From Geosiphon pyriformis uo1 (Eukaryota; Fungi; Glomeromycota), in NCBI GenBank assembly GCA_016748015.1, contig JAAOMT010000134.1, positions 1,680,757-1,744,756 on the forward strand: 64,000 nucleotides of DNA. Direction: 5' to 3'. Both the position numbers and the translations under genes were made by a program. Position 1 is the first letter of the stretch. The number at the start of each line of letters is the position of its first letter. The notes under the pieces were generated by a model, which had not been told where the DNA came from, did not search any database, and was given only the letters and a program-made list of their open reading frames with translations. Below are positions 13,501 through 25,989 of the stretch, piece by piece.

Positions 13501-14875
13501 AATTGCATCTGATAAAAATTATTGGACAAGAACCCACTACTACTATAAGCCATGCCATAGAGAATGTTATGGCTACTCAAAAAAACAAGGAAAGTGAAAC
13601 AATGAGCTATGTCTTACTTGCAGCAAATGGTTACTTAATGAAGGAATGTAACTACTGTTTGATCTCATGTAATTTTCAATATTGTAATGAGTGTGACTTT
13701 ATTTACAATTCACTAATCTACATAATCTACATGATTCCAGAGGAAAAAAAACCAATTAGCAGCTGCACATTAGAATTAGAATCAATTTTCAATCCTGATT
13801 CAAACTTCAATAATGACGACAATAATAACACCAGTTCCAACTCTGTTTGAAATAACAACAACAACAATGATAATTCAAACTCCAATTTATACTCAGAACA
13901 ATATATTGTCCTTTCTGATCTCACCAAAGACCAGAAACTGAAATGGTTCAGTAACAATGATGAAGGTATTATGCCAGAATGTGCCTATGATACTGATGCA
14001 GAATTTAATCTAAGATATCTAAGAAAAGATTTTATCAAATTAGAATCTCATTTGCATATCTGTATTGACCTCAAAATAGCATTGGAAATTTCAGCAACAA
14101 CAATAGTACAGTTAACATCTAGGAGTAGCTTAGCAAAAAAGGGAATCAACATCAAAGAAGGAATAATTGATGCAAAATATGTAGAAAATATTATTGCAAT
14201 GCTACAAAATGACTCAAAAAAAGCCTACATCATAAAGCCAAACAAAAAGATAGCACAGATGATATTTCTGTCTCTGGTTAAAATAGCTCAATTAAAATCA
14301 ATGAGAAACAAAGAGGAATTAGAGATTACAGTTAAAAGGATAGAGGATTTCAGGTCCATGGGTAGAATAGATGTACCAATTAATATGGCAAAGAAAAAAA
14401 TTATTGACAAGGGAGAAATTATCTTTATCTGTCAATCAATTTCTATTCCACCATATAACCAGTACATAGTAGTTATAGAAAGAAAAGTAAAGAATCAGGT
14501 TCAGATTTTTGAGGCAGAAACAACACTTTGTGAATTAGGAAAGATTGGATTAGTTAATCTATACATACCAGCAAAAAACCACAAACACATCAAAATTTCC
14601 ATTTATAACAACATGGGAAATATCATCGAGATACTAGAAAGAACTACCATTAAATACTTGACCACGGAAATTGAAGACCAACTTCTAAACACCATTCCAG
14701 ACTTTTCACAACTGTATAGATATGTAGATATTATATCTCAAATCATATATGAACAAAAAAAATGTTATTTGCTTCAACCAGAACAATTGGAACAGATGAA
14801 CTTGGGAAATCTAGACTCACTACAATGTATACAATTCAAGATGTTACTTAACAACTTTAATAACATTTTTGTCAG
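10505..14875 (+). pseudogene. E3 polyprotein 5' part: ORF0, Gag (from ~11412), PR (~12830), Cys-rich domain (internally deleted), dUTPase (~13971-14370), dUTPase-like domain
   Basis: MAYAPIAK.EKFTG Gag start; LILDSG; RSSLAKKG/GIIDAKY/KIAQ motifs. Confidence 0.88.
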
Positions 14876-15744
14876 TGTTACAGATAATTATTTGGGGTCT
14901 CAAATCAAATAACAAAACCCATAACTTGGTGCTCAGTGACTAATCTGGTGGATGATGTTGGTAATATTGGTATATTGTTATTATTTGATAGTGTGGTTTA
15001 TCTAAAGATTTTGTTGTTGAGTTCTTTGTATAATGGACAGAGATTCAATTGTTGTCTTTCCAATAGTCTTTCAGAATTGCAATTCCATCAAATTTTTTTC
15101 TCAGCATGGTGGCCAGTAATCTGGCAAAGATGCCCTTTTGGTAAGCTATCTGTTAATATATATAAATTCTATACCCTTCCTTTGGGGTCTTTTACCAGGC
15201 TATCCTTGACGTTAATAACTCAGCACTTAATTTTCAATCAATTAGTAAAACAAAGAAATAGAAGAAAATAAAAGAAAATAAACAAAAGCAATTGCAAGTT
15301 AATATCTTATCAATAGTTGTGATCAAGAGCTATTGTTCTAGCATGGTTAAGTATTAATTACTATCAACATAAAGTGTTGATAGTAGAGAATAGATTTGAG
15401 ATGAAGAATAATTATTTATTGATATTTGTGAATTGGAAGATTGCTTAGATAAAATCTAAACTAAGAAGTCTGTTTTTTTTTACTTCTAATGCTACCACTA
15501 TATATACATAATTTGGATTTTATAAGATTGCTCACATTCTCAAGTGATGTGCTATAATTTCTCAAGCAATGCTCACATTGTTAAACAATGTGCCATATTT
15601 TCTTGATATTGCTCTACATTGCTGAGTGATGTACCATGATTTCTAATATTGCTTTATATTGCTGAACAATGTGCTCATGTGCTAACTACTACTCTCTTAT
15701 TGGTCTACAATTTTTCTATATCTGTTTTTTTTTTATGAGTAACA
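14876..15744 (-). repeat. E4 3' LTR (GAGCAATGT-type U3)
   Basis: Direct repeat of 24113-24979, TG...CA ends. Confidence 0.95.
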
Positions 15745-15758
15745 TTATTTCCTCTTTT

Positions 15759-16394
15759 TTAATATTGAGCTCCATTGAAATTTTCATTTTGAATTAATTC
15801 TAATACTTTTTTTTCAAGTATTGTTTGTTTGACTCTGTTTCTTATGTTTTCTATTTGTGTATTGTTTATTCTTCCCCATTGGTTAATGGTTATGGTTTCC
15901 ATGTCAAAGTGTAACAGTATTTTGGGATAGTTCCGAAATATGTTGTGTAGTCAATACATGGTTTTAACATGTAATGTTGAATTTGTTTTCTTTCTAATAA
16001 ATTCTTTAATTTGTTGTATTATGTCTTAGTTGAATATTCTTTTGGATTTGTTGATATACAACTCCTGAATATTCAACTTTTGATCTAACTGATAGTAGCA
16101 ATATGATATTGGAAGTTGTTCTGTCCATTGCTTCCAATTTTTTTTTGTAAGCTCTTCTATTGGTGCCATAATAGATATTTTCCCAAAAGTGTTTTTCACT
16201 TTTTCTATTAAGTTATTTGTCCAGTTTTTATCATTCTTTGGTGGCTGCTAATATGGTGTATTCTTTGTCTTTCTTTGGGTGTTTTGATAGCAAATTATTT
16301 GGTTGTTAATAACAATTTCCATGTTTAACTGTTGTTGACTTAAGGCCTGAAACAATTGTTGAGTTATAGTGTGAATATGATTTGGTATTTCCAT
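15759..16394 (-). pseudogene. E4 accessory ORF3 (212 codons)
   Basis: MEIPNHIHTITQQLFQ...ENFNGAQY*; homologous to 33704-34338. Confidence 0.75.
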
Positions 16395-16448
16395 TTTTTT
16401 TGGCTGCTTTTGTTATGTGTACTGTGTCTTTATATACTTTTTGGTTGT

Positions 16449-17814
16449 TCAATTTGACGTGTTTGGTTCAATAACTATAATTGGTTCCAGATCTCATGAA
16501 ATCTTATCTGGTTGAACTAGTATTTTTTGTACTCCCAGTTGTGGAATATTATTGGTAGATGATGATACTATCTGGTAATATGGTTTCAGTCGATCACCAT
16601 GTGCTGCTTTGGCTAAAATTTTGTTGTCTCATCTTAATTAATAAGCTCTATTTCCTAGAATTTCTTTTATGTGAAATAATCCATTCCATTTGGGGTCAAA
16701 TTTTCCATTTTATTGTTTTTTTGCTTTGGTACAATGTAATAGTACTTTGTCTCTAATCTTGAATTTAACTGGTTTATCCAGTAGTTGGTTATCATGTTGT
16801 TTTTTTTGCTTTTTTTATGACTTTTAGATGTTATTAGATGCTTTTTATTGTCTGTTTTCTAGTGTTTCCATTAAGTCATATGTTCTTTTCAACAATGTTT
16901 CTTGGAAATTATCTTCTGTTATTGGTTCTGTTGGATATGTTTTAATTTCTATTTCAACTGGTAATGTTGTTGTTCTACCATATACCAATTCAAATGGTGT
17001 TGCTTGTGTGATATCTTGCTTCATTGTCTAATAAGCAAATAATACTGATTGTATAATTAAATTCTATTTGTCCTGGTTTTTTTGGGTAATTTTGGCTATT
17101 GCTTTACACAGTATTTTATTAAATCTTTCAACTAAGCCATTCATTTGTGGATGATATGGTAATGATAATGGTCTTTTAATTCCAAATCTTTGACTTAATT
17201 CTGTCAATGTTCTGTTCACAAAGTGAGTTTTTTGATCTGATAGTAGTTCTTTTGAACATCCATGTCGACAAATCAAATCTTGATGAATGAATTCAGCAAC
17301 AGATTTTGCATCTGCTCTTTGAATGGCTTTTGCTTTTAGCCATTTAGTGAAATAGTCCATGGCTACTGCAATATATCTGTTGCCTTTACTGGTAATTGTT
17401 AATGGTCCAACTAAGTCAATTCTAATGCAATCAAATGGTTGTCTTACTTTGATTGGTCTTAATGGTTCACTGGGTTTTGTTCCATTTCTTCTCTGACAAG
17501 CATCACAATTTTGAATGTATTGAATGATGTCCAGATACATTAATGGCCAATAATATCTTTTTTTGGTTCTTTCTATGGTTGCTTCTTTGTGAAAGTGTCC
17601 TGCTGTTAAATCTGAGTGCATGTTGAATAATATTGTTTTTTTCTCTGGTTGGTTGCTCTGAATTTCTTTTGTTCTTTTGGTAAAGTATATTTTGATGGTT
17701 GATAAAATATTTTGATTGTTGTTTTATGTTCTTTTGTTTCTTTTGAGATAATTTCTCCTTGAACAATTGGGTATTTATATAATGTTGTAGTTGTTGGTAT
17801 TTTTGGATATTCAT
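16449..17814 (-). pseudogene. E4 integrase, separate ORF
   Basis: MNIQKYQQLQ start; MHSDLTAGHF..CDAC, IDLVGPL, SDQKTHF, NGLVERFN. Confidence 0.9.
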
Positions 17815-17843
17815 TTTTTGTTATATTTTTGGGTTGAAATGTT

Positions 17844-20800
17844 TTAGATTTGTCTCATTCACAACAATTTGTCAGCATTTTCATTGTCTTTTCTCTTTTT
17901 ATAATGTACTGTATAATTAAATAGTGAAAGTTCTATTTTTTATTTGGTATGGTAATTGTTTCCAAATTCTTGCTTCTGGATTGAAGTCAATCTTTTGTAA
18001 TCTGTATATATTTCAAACTTTTGGCTCAAGTATTTTTTCTATTTTATGACTGTTCAATAAATTGCTAAGTATTCTAATGCTGGTGTTTCATAGTTTTTTT
18101 CAGCTGGACTCAAGCTTTAGCTAGCATATGCTACTGAATATTCTTTTCTATCTGGTCTTTTTTGTGATAGTACTGCTTCCAATGCTTGATCCAATGCATC
18201 AGTAGTGATGATAAATAGTTTGCTGTAATCTGGATACATCAACACCAAAGCTTGAATAAGCTTTCTTCTTAGTGTATTGAATGCTTTTTGTTGAGCTTCT
18301 GTCCATTCATACTTTACATTCTTAGTTTGTAAATGATGGAATGGCTGGGCCAGTTTAGAAAAGTCCTTAATAAAGTGGTGATAGTACTCTGCAAATCCCA
18401 AGAATGCTCTTAGTTTTGTAAGATTGTTTGGTACTGGAAAGTTCTTAACAACTTTAATCTTGTCTGGATTCGTTTTGATGCCATCTTTGCTCACAACATG
18501 TTTCAAAAATTTTAGTTCTGTTTTTCCAAAAAAGCATTTGTTGGCATTCAGTTTCAACTCTGCTTGTTTGAGTCTTTCAAATACTTGTTGGAGATGGTAA
18601 AAATAATCATCGAATGTTTTTGAGAACATATTTGTGTCATCTAAGTAAACAACTACTGATTTTTACAGTAATCTAGTGTAGACAATTTCCATAAGCCATT
18701 GGAATGTTGCTGGTGCATTCATCAAGCCAAATAGCATAACTTCAAATTCAAAATTCCCTTCTTGTATTGTGAAAGCTGTTTTTTTCTTATCTTCTGGCTT
18801 CATGGCTACTTGCCAATAACCACTGTCCAAATTCAATGTTGAGAACCATTTCTTTCTGCCGAAAGCATTGAATAATTCTTGAATCTTTGGGATTGGATAG
18901 CTATCACCTTTAGTTACCTCATTTAGTTTTCGGTAATCCACACAAAAATGGATTTTTTTATTCTTTTTAGGGACCAATACTACTGGTAATAACTATGGGC
19001 TCATTAATAGTTGAATTAATTCACTGTCAAGCATCCAGTTAATTTATTGATAAATGATTTTATGGCTGGCTGGTGGTACTCTATATGCTTATTGTTTGAT
19101 TGGCATTGCATCTCTGGTCTTAATTTGATGCTGAATTATGTTGGTTCTACCAAATTTGTTTTCACTGGCAAAGATATCATTGAAATTGTTAAGTAATATC
19201 TTAAGTTGCATATGTTGAAGTGGGTCTAAGTTTCTTATGTTCATCCATATATAGTTTGTGATGTAATATCCATATATCCACATAGTTGTAGAAAATCTGG
19301 AATGGTGTCTGGCCATTGGTCTTCAATTTCAATGGTTAAATAGCCAATAATGGTTCCTTCTGGTATTTCTACAATATTTCCAGTGTTGTTGTAGATGAGA
19401 ATTTTGATGTTTTTGGGGCTTTTGCCTGATATATAAAGATTAGTAAGTCCAATCTCTTCTGATTCGCAAATAGTGGCTTCTACTTCAAACAACTGAGCTT
19501 GATTTTTTACTGTTAATATATACTGGTCATATGGTGAAATGGAAATTAATTGACGGGTTGAGATAATTTCTCCTTTGTCAATAACTTCTTCCTCTGCCAT
19601 GTTAACTGGTACATCTATTCTACTTGTTGATCCAAATCCCTGTATCCCTCTGGCTGTGATCTCTAATTCTTTTCTGTTTCTCATTGATATTAATTTAGCT
19701 ATTTTAACCAGAAGTAGAAATATTGCTTATGTTATCTTTTCATTTGGATCTATGATATAGGCCTTTTCTGAGTCATTTTGTAGCATAGTAATAATATTTC
19801 CTATTTATCTTGTGTCAAATATTTCTTCTCTAATGTTGATCCCCTTTTTTACTAAACTACTCCTGAATGTTAGTTGCACTATTGTCATTGCTAGAATTTC
19901 CAGTATTATTTTCAGATTGATGCAAATGCATAAATGTAGTTTCAATTTGATGGGATATTTCCCTAGATATCTCAGATCAAATCCTGTATTGGTATCATGT
20001 GCATGTTCTGACATAATACCTTTATTATTATCACTAAACCATTTGAGTTCTTGTGCTTTGGTGAGATCAGGAAGTGCAATGTATGTTTTGGGGTTTGAAT
20101 TGGAGTCCAAATTATTGTTATCTTTGTTGCCATATTGAGCAGAACTGAAACTGTTATTTTCGTTATCATTATTGTTGGAGTTTGAATCGGGATTGAAAGT
20201 TGATTCTGATTCCAATGCACAACTGCTGATTGGTTTCTCCTCTGGAATCGTATAGATCATGTGTAGTGGTGGTAGATTGTAAATAAGATTACACTCATTA
20301 CAATATTGAAAGTCACATAAGATTAAACAATGATTACATAGTTGGGTGTTTATTTGGGCTAAACACTGCTCTTGTTCCTTTCTTGTTGGTGCTAAATTTT
20401 GGTAGTGTTTATGGAATTTTTCTGGGCCTGCTTTCAGGTCCAGAAAAGTGTCTGGGTTGGGAATCAGAACAATGTTGACTGGCTTCAGAGAGTTGTTCTT
20501 GATTTCCAATATTTTACTAAGCATGATACCTTCGATTTTGGTGTTTGCCATCTACCAGATTTCATTTTTATCATATGGGTAACCATCCAAGCAAGATATT
20601 ATGCAGTGCCAGATGGCAGTTATTGGCATATCACGACTCATTCAATCATTGATAAGAATTGTGTATTGGCATAAAATGTCACATGTTCTTTCTTGTCCAA
20701 GAATGTCATTCCATATTCTTTTGTCTAATAGTTGTTCGTCACAAGTGAGACATGGTTTGTTGTCCTATTTGCCTTGTCTTTTTGGATAGCCATAGCATTT

Positions 20801-23800
20801 GTGGTGGCAAGGCTTGCAATAATAGTGGGTTCACATCTAGTAATCTTCATCTGGTGCAACCCAAGCTCTCATAGAAGAAAGTTTCTTCCCACAGTTCTTG
20901 TATTTGAGAAGTATATATGGTGGCTTCTTGATCAGTTCTCATGAGTATTCTCTTTCCCCACCACTAGTTATTTCTTCTGTGGTGGTAGTTCCTTTGGTTA
21001 TATCTTTTTCTTTTTTTTTTCTTTTTCCTTTGTCAGTTTCTTCCCATTCCCAGATTGGTAGTTTGTTTGAGTTGTTGTTGGTTTCCCAGTTTTGGTTGGG
21101 GTTTCAGGTAAGTTCTTTCTTCTGCTTTCTTTTGTTGTTGTTATCTCAAGAGAGTATTGGTGGCAACTTATTGTGGTTTTTATCAGCCCAGACTACTTAA
21201 TAGGCTTTCCAGATAGGTTTTTTTTCTTCTTTCTCAAACTTAATAAGAGGTGTTGACATGTTGGTGGTTTTGAAATGGCCACACGTGGCTAGTACCCATA
21301 TGTGTCGACCATTCTAGCTGAATTAGAGCTCTTGCATGTTTCAATCAAGTGTTGCATTGGTTTTGGACAGCCAGTCATTGCCAACAAGTGCTTAATATTG
21401 AGTGGCTTCCATGACTAATACTTTGATTGGCATGATGATGCTATTGACTTCTATAGGGAAGTCATCAATCTCACCAATCAGAGTTTTGATTATTCCATCA
21501 ACTGTAATGATTTGTGCACTGACAGCTCGATTAACTCAGTGACCTAATTGGTCCATGAGTTGTCTTGTAATGATGCTGCCAGCTGATCTACTGTCTAAGA
21601 TTAGTTTGATTAAGTGGCCATTAACTTTGGCATCAGTGTACATAATGGTAATAGATTTTTCTTTGAAAGCAGCTCCACTAAATAATGGCGTGGCTAACAG
21701 TTTTTCGAGTTCAAATGGAAAAATAGTGTCTAGTAATTCATTCTTGGTGATGGTAGTTGCTGGTAAGTGTTGCTTGTTGATTGGTTTTTGGATTATTGGG
21801 TTGGACATCTTCTGGAGTAACCAGGAGACTTAAATAGTTCTGGGAACTCAGGTTTTGAGTATATCCAGTTCCTGAACTCCACTGTTATAATCCAGACAGC
21901 TGGTTGAATGAACTGGGAATCAGTTGGTAAACAACTATCACCGATCTCCAGTTTTGGGTAACTCTCAATCTAGGGTTTCTTGATGTCATTTGAGCTGAGT
22001 TTGATGGTGGTATTTGAACTGTGGGTGTCTGATAAATTATTTGTGGCTGCAGTGGTTGATATATTATTGGTGTCTGTAGTTGATAAACTGGAGGTTAATA
22101 TATAGATGGTTGATATATTGGTTGTTGTGTCATTGACAGGTAAGTTGGTTAATATGGTGCTGGATTGGATTGGTAACTTGGAGTTGGAAACCGGCAATTG
22201 GGGTTTTGATATTGATTTCCCAATCATTGGTTTTTTATTTTTGACTGACAATCAATTCTCAAATGTCTTTGTTTACTACAGTAGTGGCAGATATATGTCT
22301 TTTGCTGCCATGACTGATTGGATAATGATGAGGAATGTGACTAATTTTGTGGATGATTTGTGATTCCTAAATTATTGCATTGTTGGGGTGGTTGATAAAT
22401 TGTGCAATTGTCAGTTAAATACCCTTCAAACTTCTGGTTAATGAAGTCACTGAATTGTTTCAATTTGGAATCCAATTCAGATGATCCATTCATCACTAGA
22501 TTTATGGTTTGGGCATGGTTAGCTTCGAGTTTGGCTGCTTCAAAATCTCTGGTATTAGTAACTGTGGCTTGAAGATCTGCTGGGTGCATTGGACATATGT
22601 ATTGGAGGATGCTACTATGCAGACCTCTAATAAACTGATTTAGGATTTGTGGTGCTGTGAAATAATCAGCTTGAATTGCTTGTATTTGGTACAGATTTCT
22701 ATGGAAATGTCCTAAGTATGTAGTAACTGCTTTATTTTTTCTTTGCTTGATAGTGATAAAAGTGTTTGCCAATTGATTGATGCTATTATTATTACTAAAG
22801 TATTATAGGAATGCAAGCTTAAATGCATTGAAATCTTGGAGTTTGTTGGCTAAGCTTTGATACCATAAATTGGTAGTATCTTGGAAAAAATAAGGGATGG
22901 CTTGAAGGGCTCTCGCATCATTCCATCCGTTGGCCATGATGGCCTTTTTAATGTCATTGAGCCATATTTGGGTGTTATCTTTTTCGCCTGTGAATTTTTT
23001 TAGTTTCACTATTGGAGCATAGGCCATTGGATCTAAGTTCAGTTGTTGTTGTTGTAGTGGTTACAGTTGTTGTTGTGGCTATTGAAGTGGCTGTTGAGGT
23101 TGTTAAAACAGTAATTGAATAAGTTGCTGAAGGAATGGCTGTAGGATTGGTCCTAATATTGGTACAATTGGTGGTTGATTGATGATAATTACTGGGGGTA
23201 AGTTTTGCTGATTAATTGTTTCGGGTTTTGTATTGTTCAGATTTTAAGGAGTTTGAAAGTTTGGAGTTCCAATTTTCGGATTTTCTAACTTTGGATTTTG
23301 CTGAGTCTGAAAGTTCAGGATTTTAATATTTGGGTTTTCTGGAATCAGATTCTAATAAGTAAATTCTTGATCTTCAGCTTCTTTTTCCTCTTTTTCTGAT
23401 TCTGTTATCTCCCAGGGATTTGTGTTTTTGAAATCTGGTTGAGGTGGCAGTGATCAGAATCCTAATAGTATTGGGGATCATAATTTAAATCTCTCAAAGT
23501 AGTCACTGTAAGTTCTTAGTAATTCTGTTTTTTTTTGTTTACTTTGAAATAAGAGTTGGCCAAATGTTAATGTCATGTGTGATGTGGACGTGCTTGTTGA
23601 TGAGATGTTGATGGCACTTCCTAGTGTGTAATGGTATGATGAATTGGTTGGTGATTCAACTCTGGTTTTCTTCCAAGTAGGTAGTTGTATTTGTTTTGGT
23701 GTTACTGCTGGTGTTTGCAATTTTCCTTTGCCTTTGTCTGTGAAGGTGATGGAGAATTGTTGTTGTGTGTATCTTTTAATGGTTTGATTAATTTCTCTGA

Positions 23801-24050
23801 TGATTGGTGTGAAACTGTAGTTTCTTAATAAGCTGGTATGTTGAAATAATTCTGTATAGAAATTTTTTCTTGTAAATTCAGTGTTAACTGTTTCTCTTAA
23901 ACAGTCTGTGATTTTATTATTGACGTAGAAGTTAAAGGTAGATTCTGCTGGGAAGTAGTTATTGTTTAGTCCTAATTGTTGGCTGTACTATTGAAACAAA
24001 GATTTAGCAAATCCTAAATGATTTGCTCCTATGTTTTCTGATTCTGCCAC
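17844..24050 (-). pseudogene. E4 polyprotein ORF0-Gag-PR-Cys-rich-dUTPase-RT-RNase H
   Basis: ORF track fragments: Gag 22341-23027, PR 21536-21808, dUTPase ~19620-20015 (TARGIQGFGSTS), RT 18117-18977. Confidence 0.9.
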
Positions 24051-24112
24051 TTTTGGATAATTGTTGTTGGTGCTGATTCTCTGTAAAATTATACCTTACA
24101 GAAAGCACTAAA

Positions 24113-24979
24113 TGTTACAGGTGATTATTTGGGTCTCAAATTAAATAACAAAACCCATAACTTGGTGCTCAGTAACTAATTTGGTGGATGGTGTTGGTAA
24201 TATTGGTATGTTGTTATTATTTGATGGTGTGATTTATCTGAAAATTTTGTTGTTGAGTTCTTTGTATAATGGACAGAGATTCAATTGTTGTCTTTTCAGT
24301 AGCCTCCCAGAATTGCAATTCCATCAAATTTTTTTCTCAGTGTGGTGGCTGGTAATCTGACAGAGATGTTCTTCTGGTAAGCTATCTGTTAATATATATA
24401 AATCCTATACTCTTCCTTTGGGGTCTTTTACCAGACTATCCTTAACATTAATAACTCAGTGCTTAATTCTCAATTAATTAGTAAAACAAAGAAATAGAAG
24501 AAAATAAAAGAAAATAAACAAAAATAATTACAAGTTAGTATTCTATCAATAACTGTGATCAAAAGCTATTGTTCCAGTGTAATTAAGTATCAATTACTAT
24601 CAACATAAAGTGTTGATAGTGGAAAGTAGATTTGAGATGAAGAATAATTATTTATTGATATTTGTGAATTGGAAGGTTGCTTAGATGAAATCTAAACTAA
24701 GAGGTGTGTCTTTTCTACTTCTAATGCTATCACTATATATACATAATTTGGGTTTTACGAGATTGCTCACATTCTCAAGCAATGTGCTATAATTTCTTAA
24801 GCAATGCTCACATTGTTGAGCAATGTGCCATATTTTTTTGACATTGCTCTATATTGCTGAGTGATGTACCATGATTTCTGACATTGCTCTATATTGCTGA
24901 GCAATGTGCTCATGTGCTAACTACTACTCTCTTATTGGTCTACTATTTTTCTATATTTGTTTTCTTTTTATGAGTAACA
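24113..24979 (-). repeat. E4 5' LTR
   Basis: Direct repeat of 14876-15744; PBS adjacent. Confidence 0.95.
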
Positions 24980-25063
24980 CCAGTAAAAATGAATTTGGCA
25001 GAATTGATATTATCTAGCATTAGATCAAGACTTGAGATGTGATGCCAATTAAACAAAGAGTAT

Positions 25064-25930
25064 TGTTATTCATAAAAAGAAGACAGATATAGAAAATAGC
25101 AGACCAATAAGAGAATAGTATTTAGCACATAAGCACATTGCTTAGCAATATGGAGCAATATCAAAAATCATGACACATTGCTTAGCAATGTAGAGCAATA
25201 TTAGAAAATTAGAGCACATCACTCAGCAATGTAAGCATTGCTCAAGAAATCATAGCACATTGTTTGGAAATGTAAGTGATCTCGTAGAACATCAATTATA
25301 TATATATAGTGGTAGCATTAGAAGTAGAAAAGAAAGAATTCTTAGTTAAAAGACCTCTCTATTTAGATTTTATCTAAGCAACTTTCCAAATCACAAATAT
25401 CAATAAATAATTATTCACTATCTCAATCCACTCTCTACTATCAACATGAAATGTTGATAGTAATTGATACTTAACCATACTGGAACAATAGCTCTTAATC
25501 ACGGCTATTGATGGGATACTAACTTGCAATTGTTTTTTTTGTTAATTTCTTTATCTTTTTTTATTTTCTTTTATTTCTTTTGTTATTTCTTTGGTTTTAC
25601 TAAAATTGATTAAGGATTAAGCATTGAGATACAGACATTATAGGGACTAGTTACAGACCCATGAAACAAGGGTAGAACACTCATAGATTTGAGAATAGCT
25701 TACCAGAAGAATTACCAGCCACCACACTGAAAAAAAAATTTGACAAAACTGCAGTTTTGAGAAGCTACAGATAAAATCATCAATTAAATTTCTGTCCATT
25801 ATACAAAGGACTCTATTCTAAAACCTTTAGATACAACCAATGTATTAGTGTTATCAGCCTTGTCAAGATATTGAGTGCCAAGTTACGGATTTGTTATTTG
25901 ATTTAAAACCCCAAATAATCATCTGTAACA
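25064..25930 (+). repeat. E5 5' LTR (GAGCAATGT-type U3)
   Basis: TGTTATTCATA...TGTAACA; CCAAT box and TATA-like (TA)n. Confidence 0.95.
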
Positions 25931-25989
25931 TTTGGTGCTCCCTGTAAGATATAATCTTACAGAGAACCAGCACTAACAACTAATTAACA

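Larger units (their letters stand above)
14876..24979 (-). mobile_element. E4: complete family B LTR element (~10.1 kb) with 4-bp TSD TCAG/CCAG
   Basis: LTRs at 14876-15744 and 24113-24979, PBS ~24093-24112, PPT 15745-15760. All domains present on the minus strand. Confidence 0.95.
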
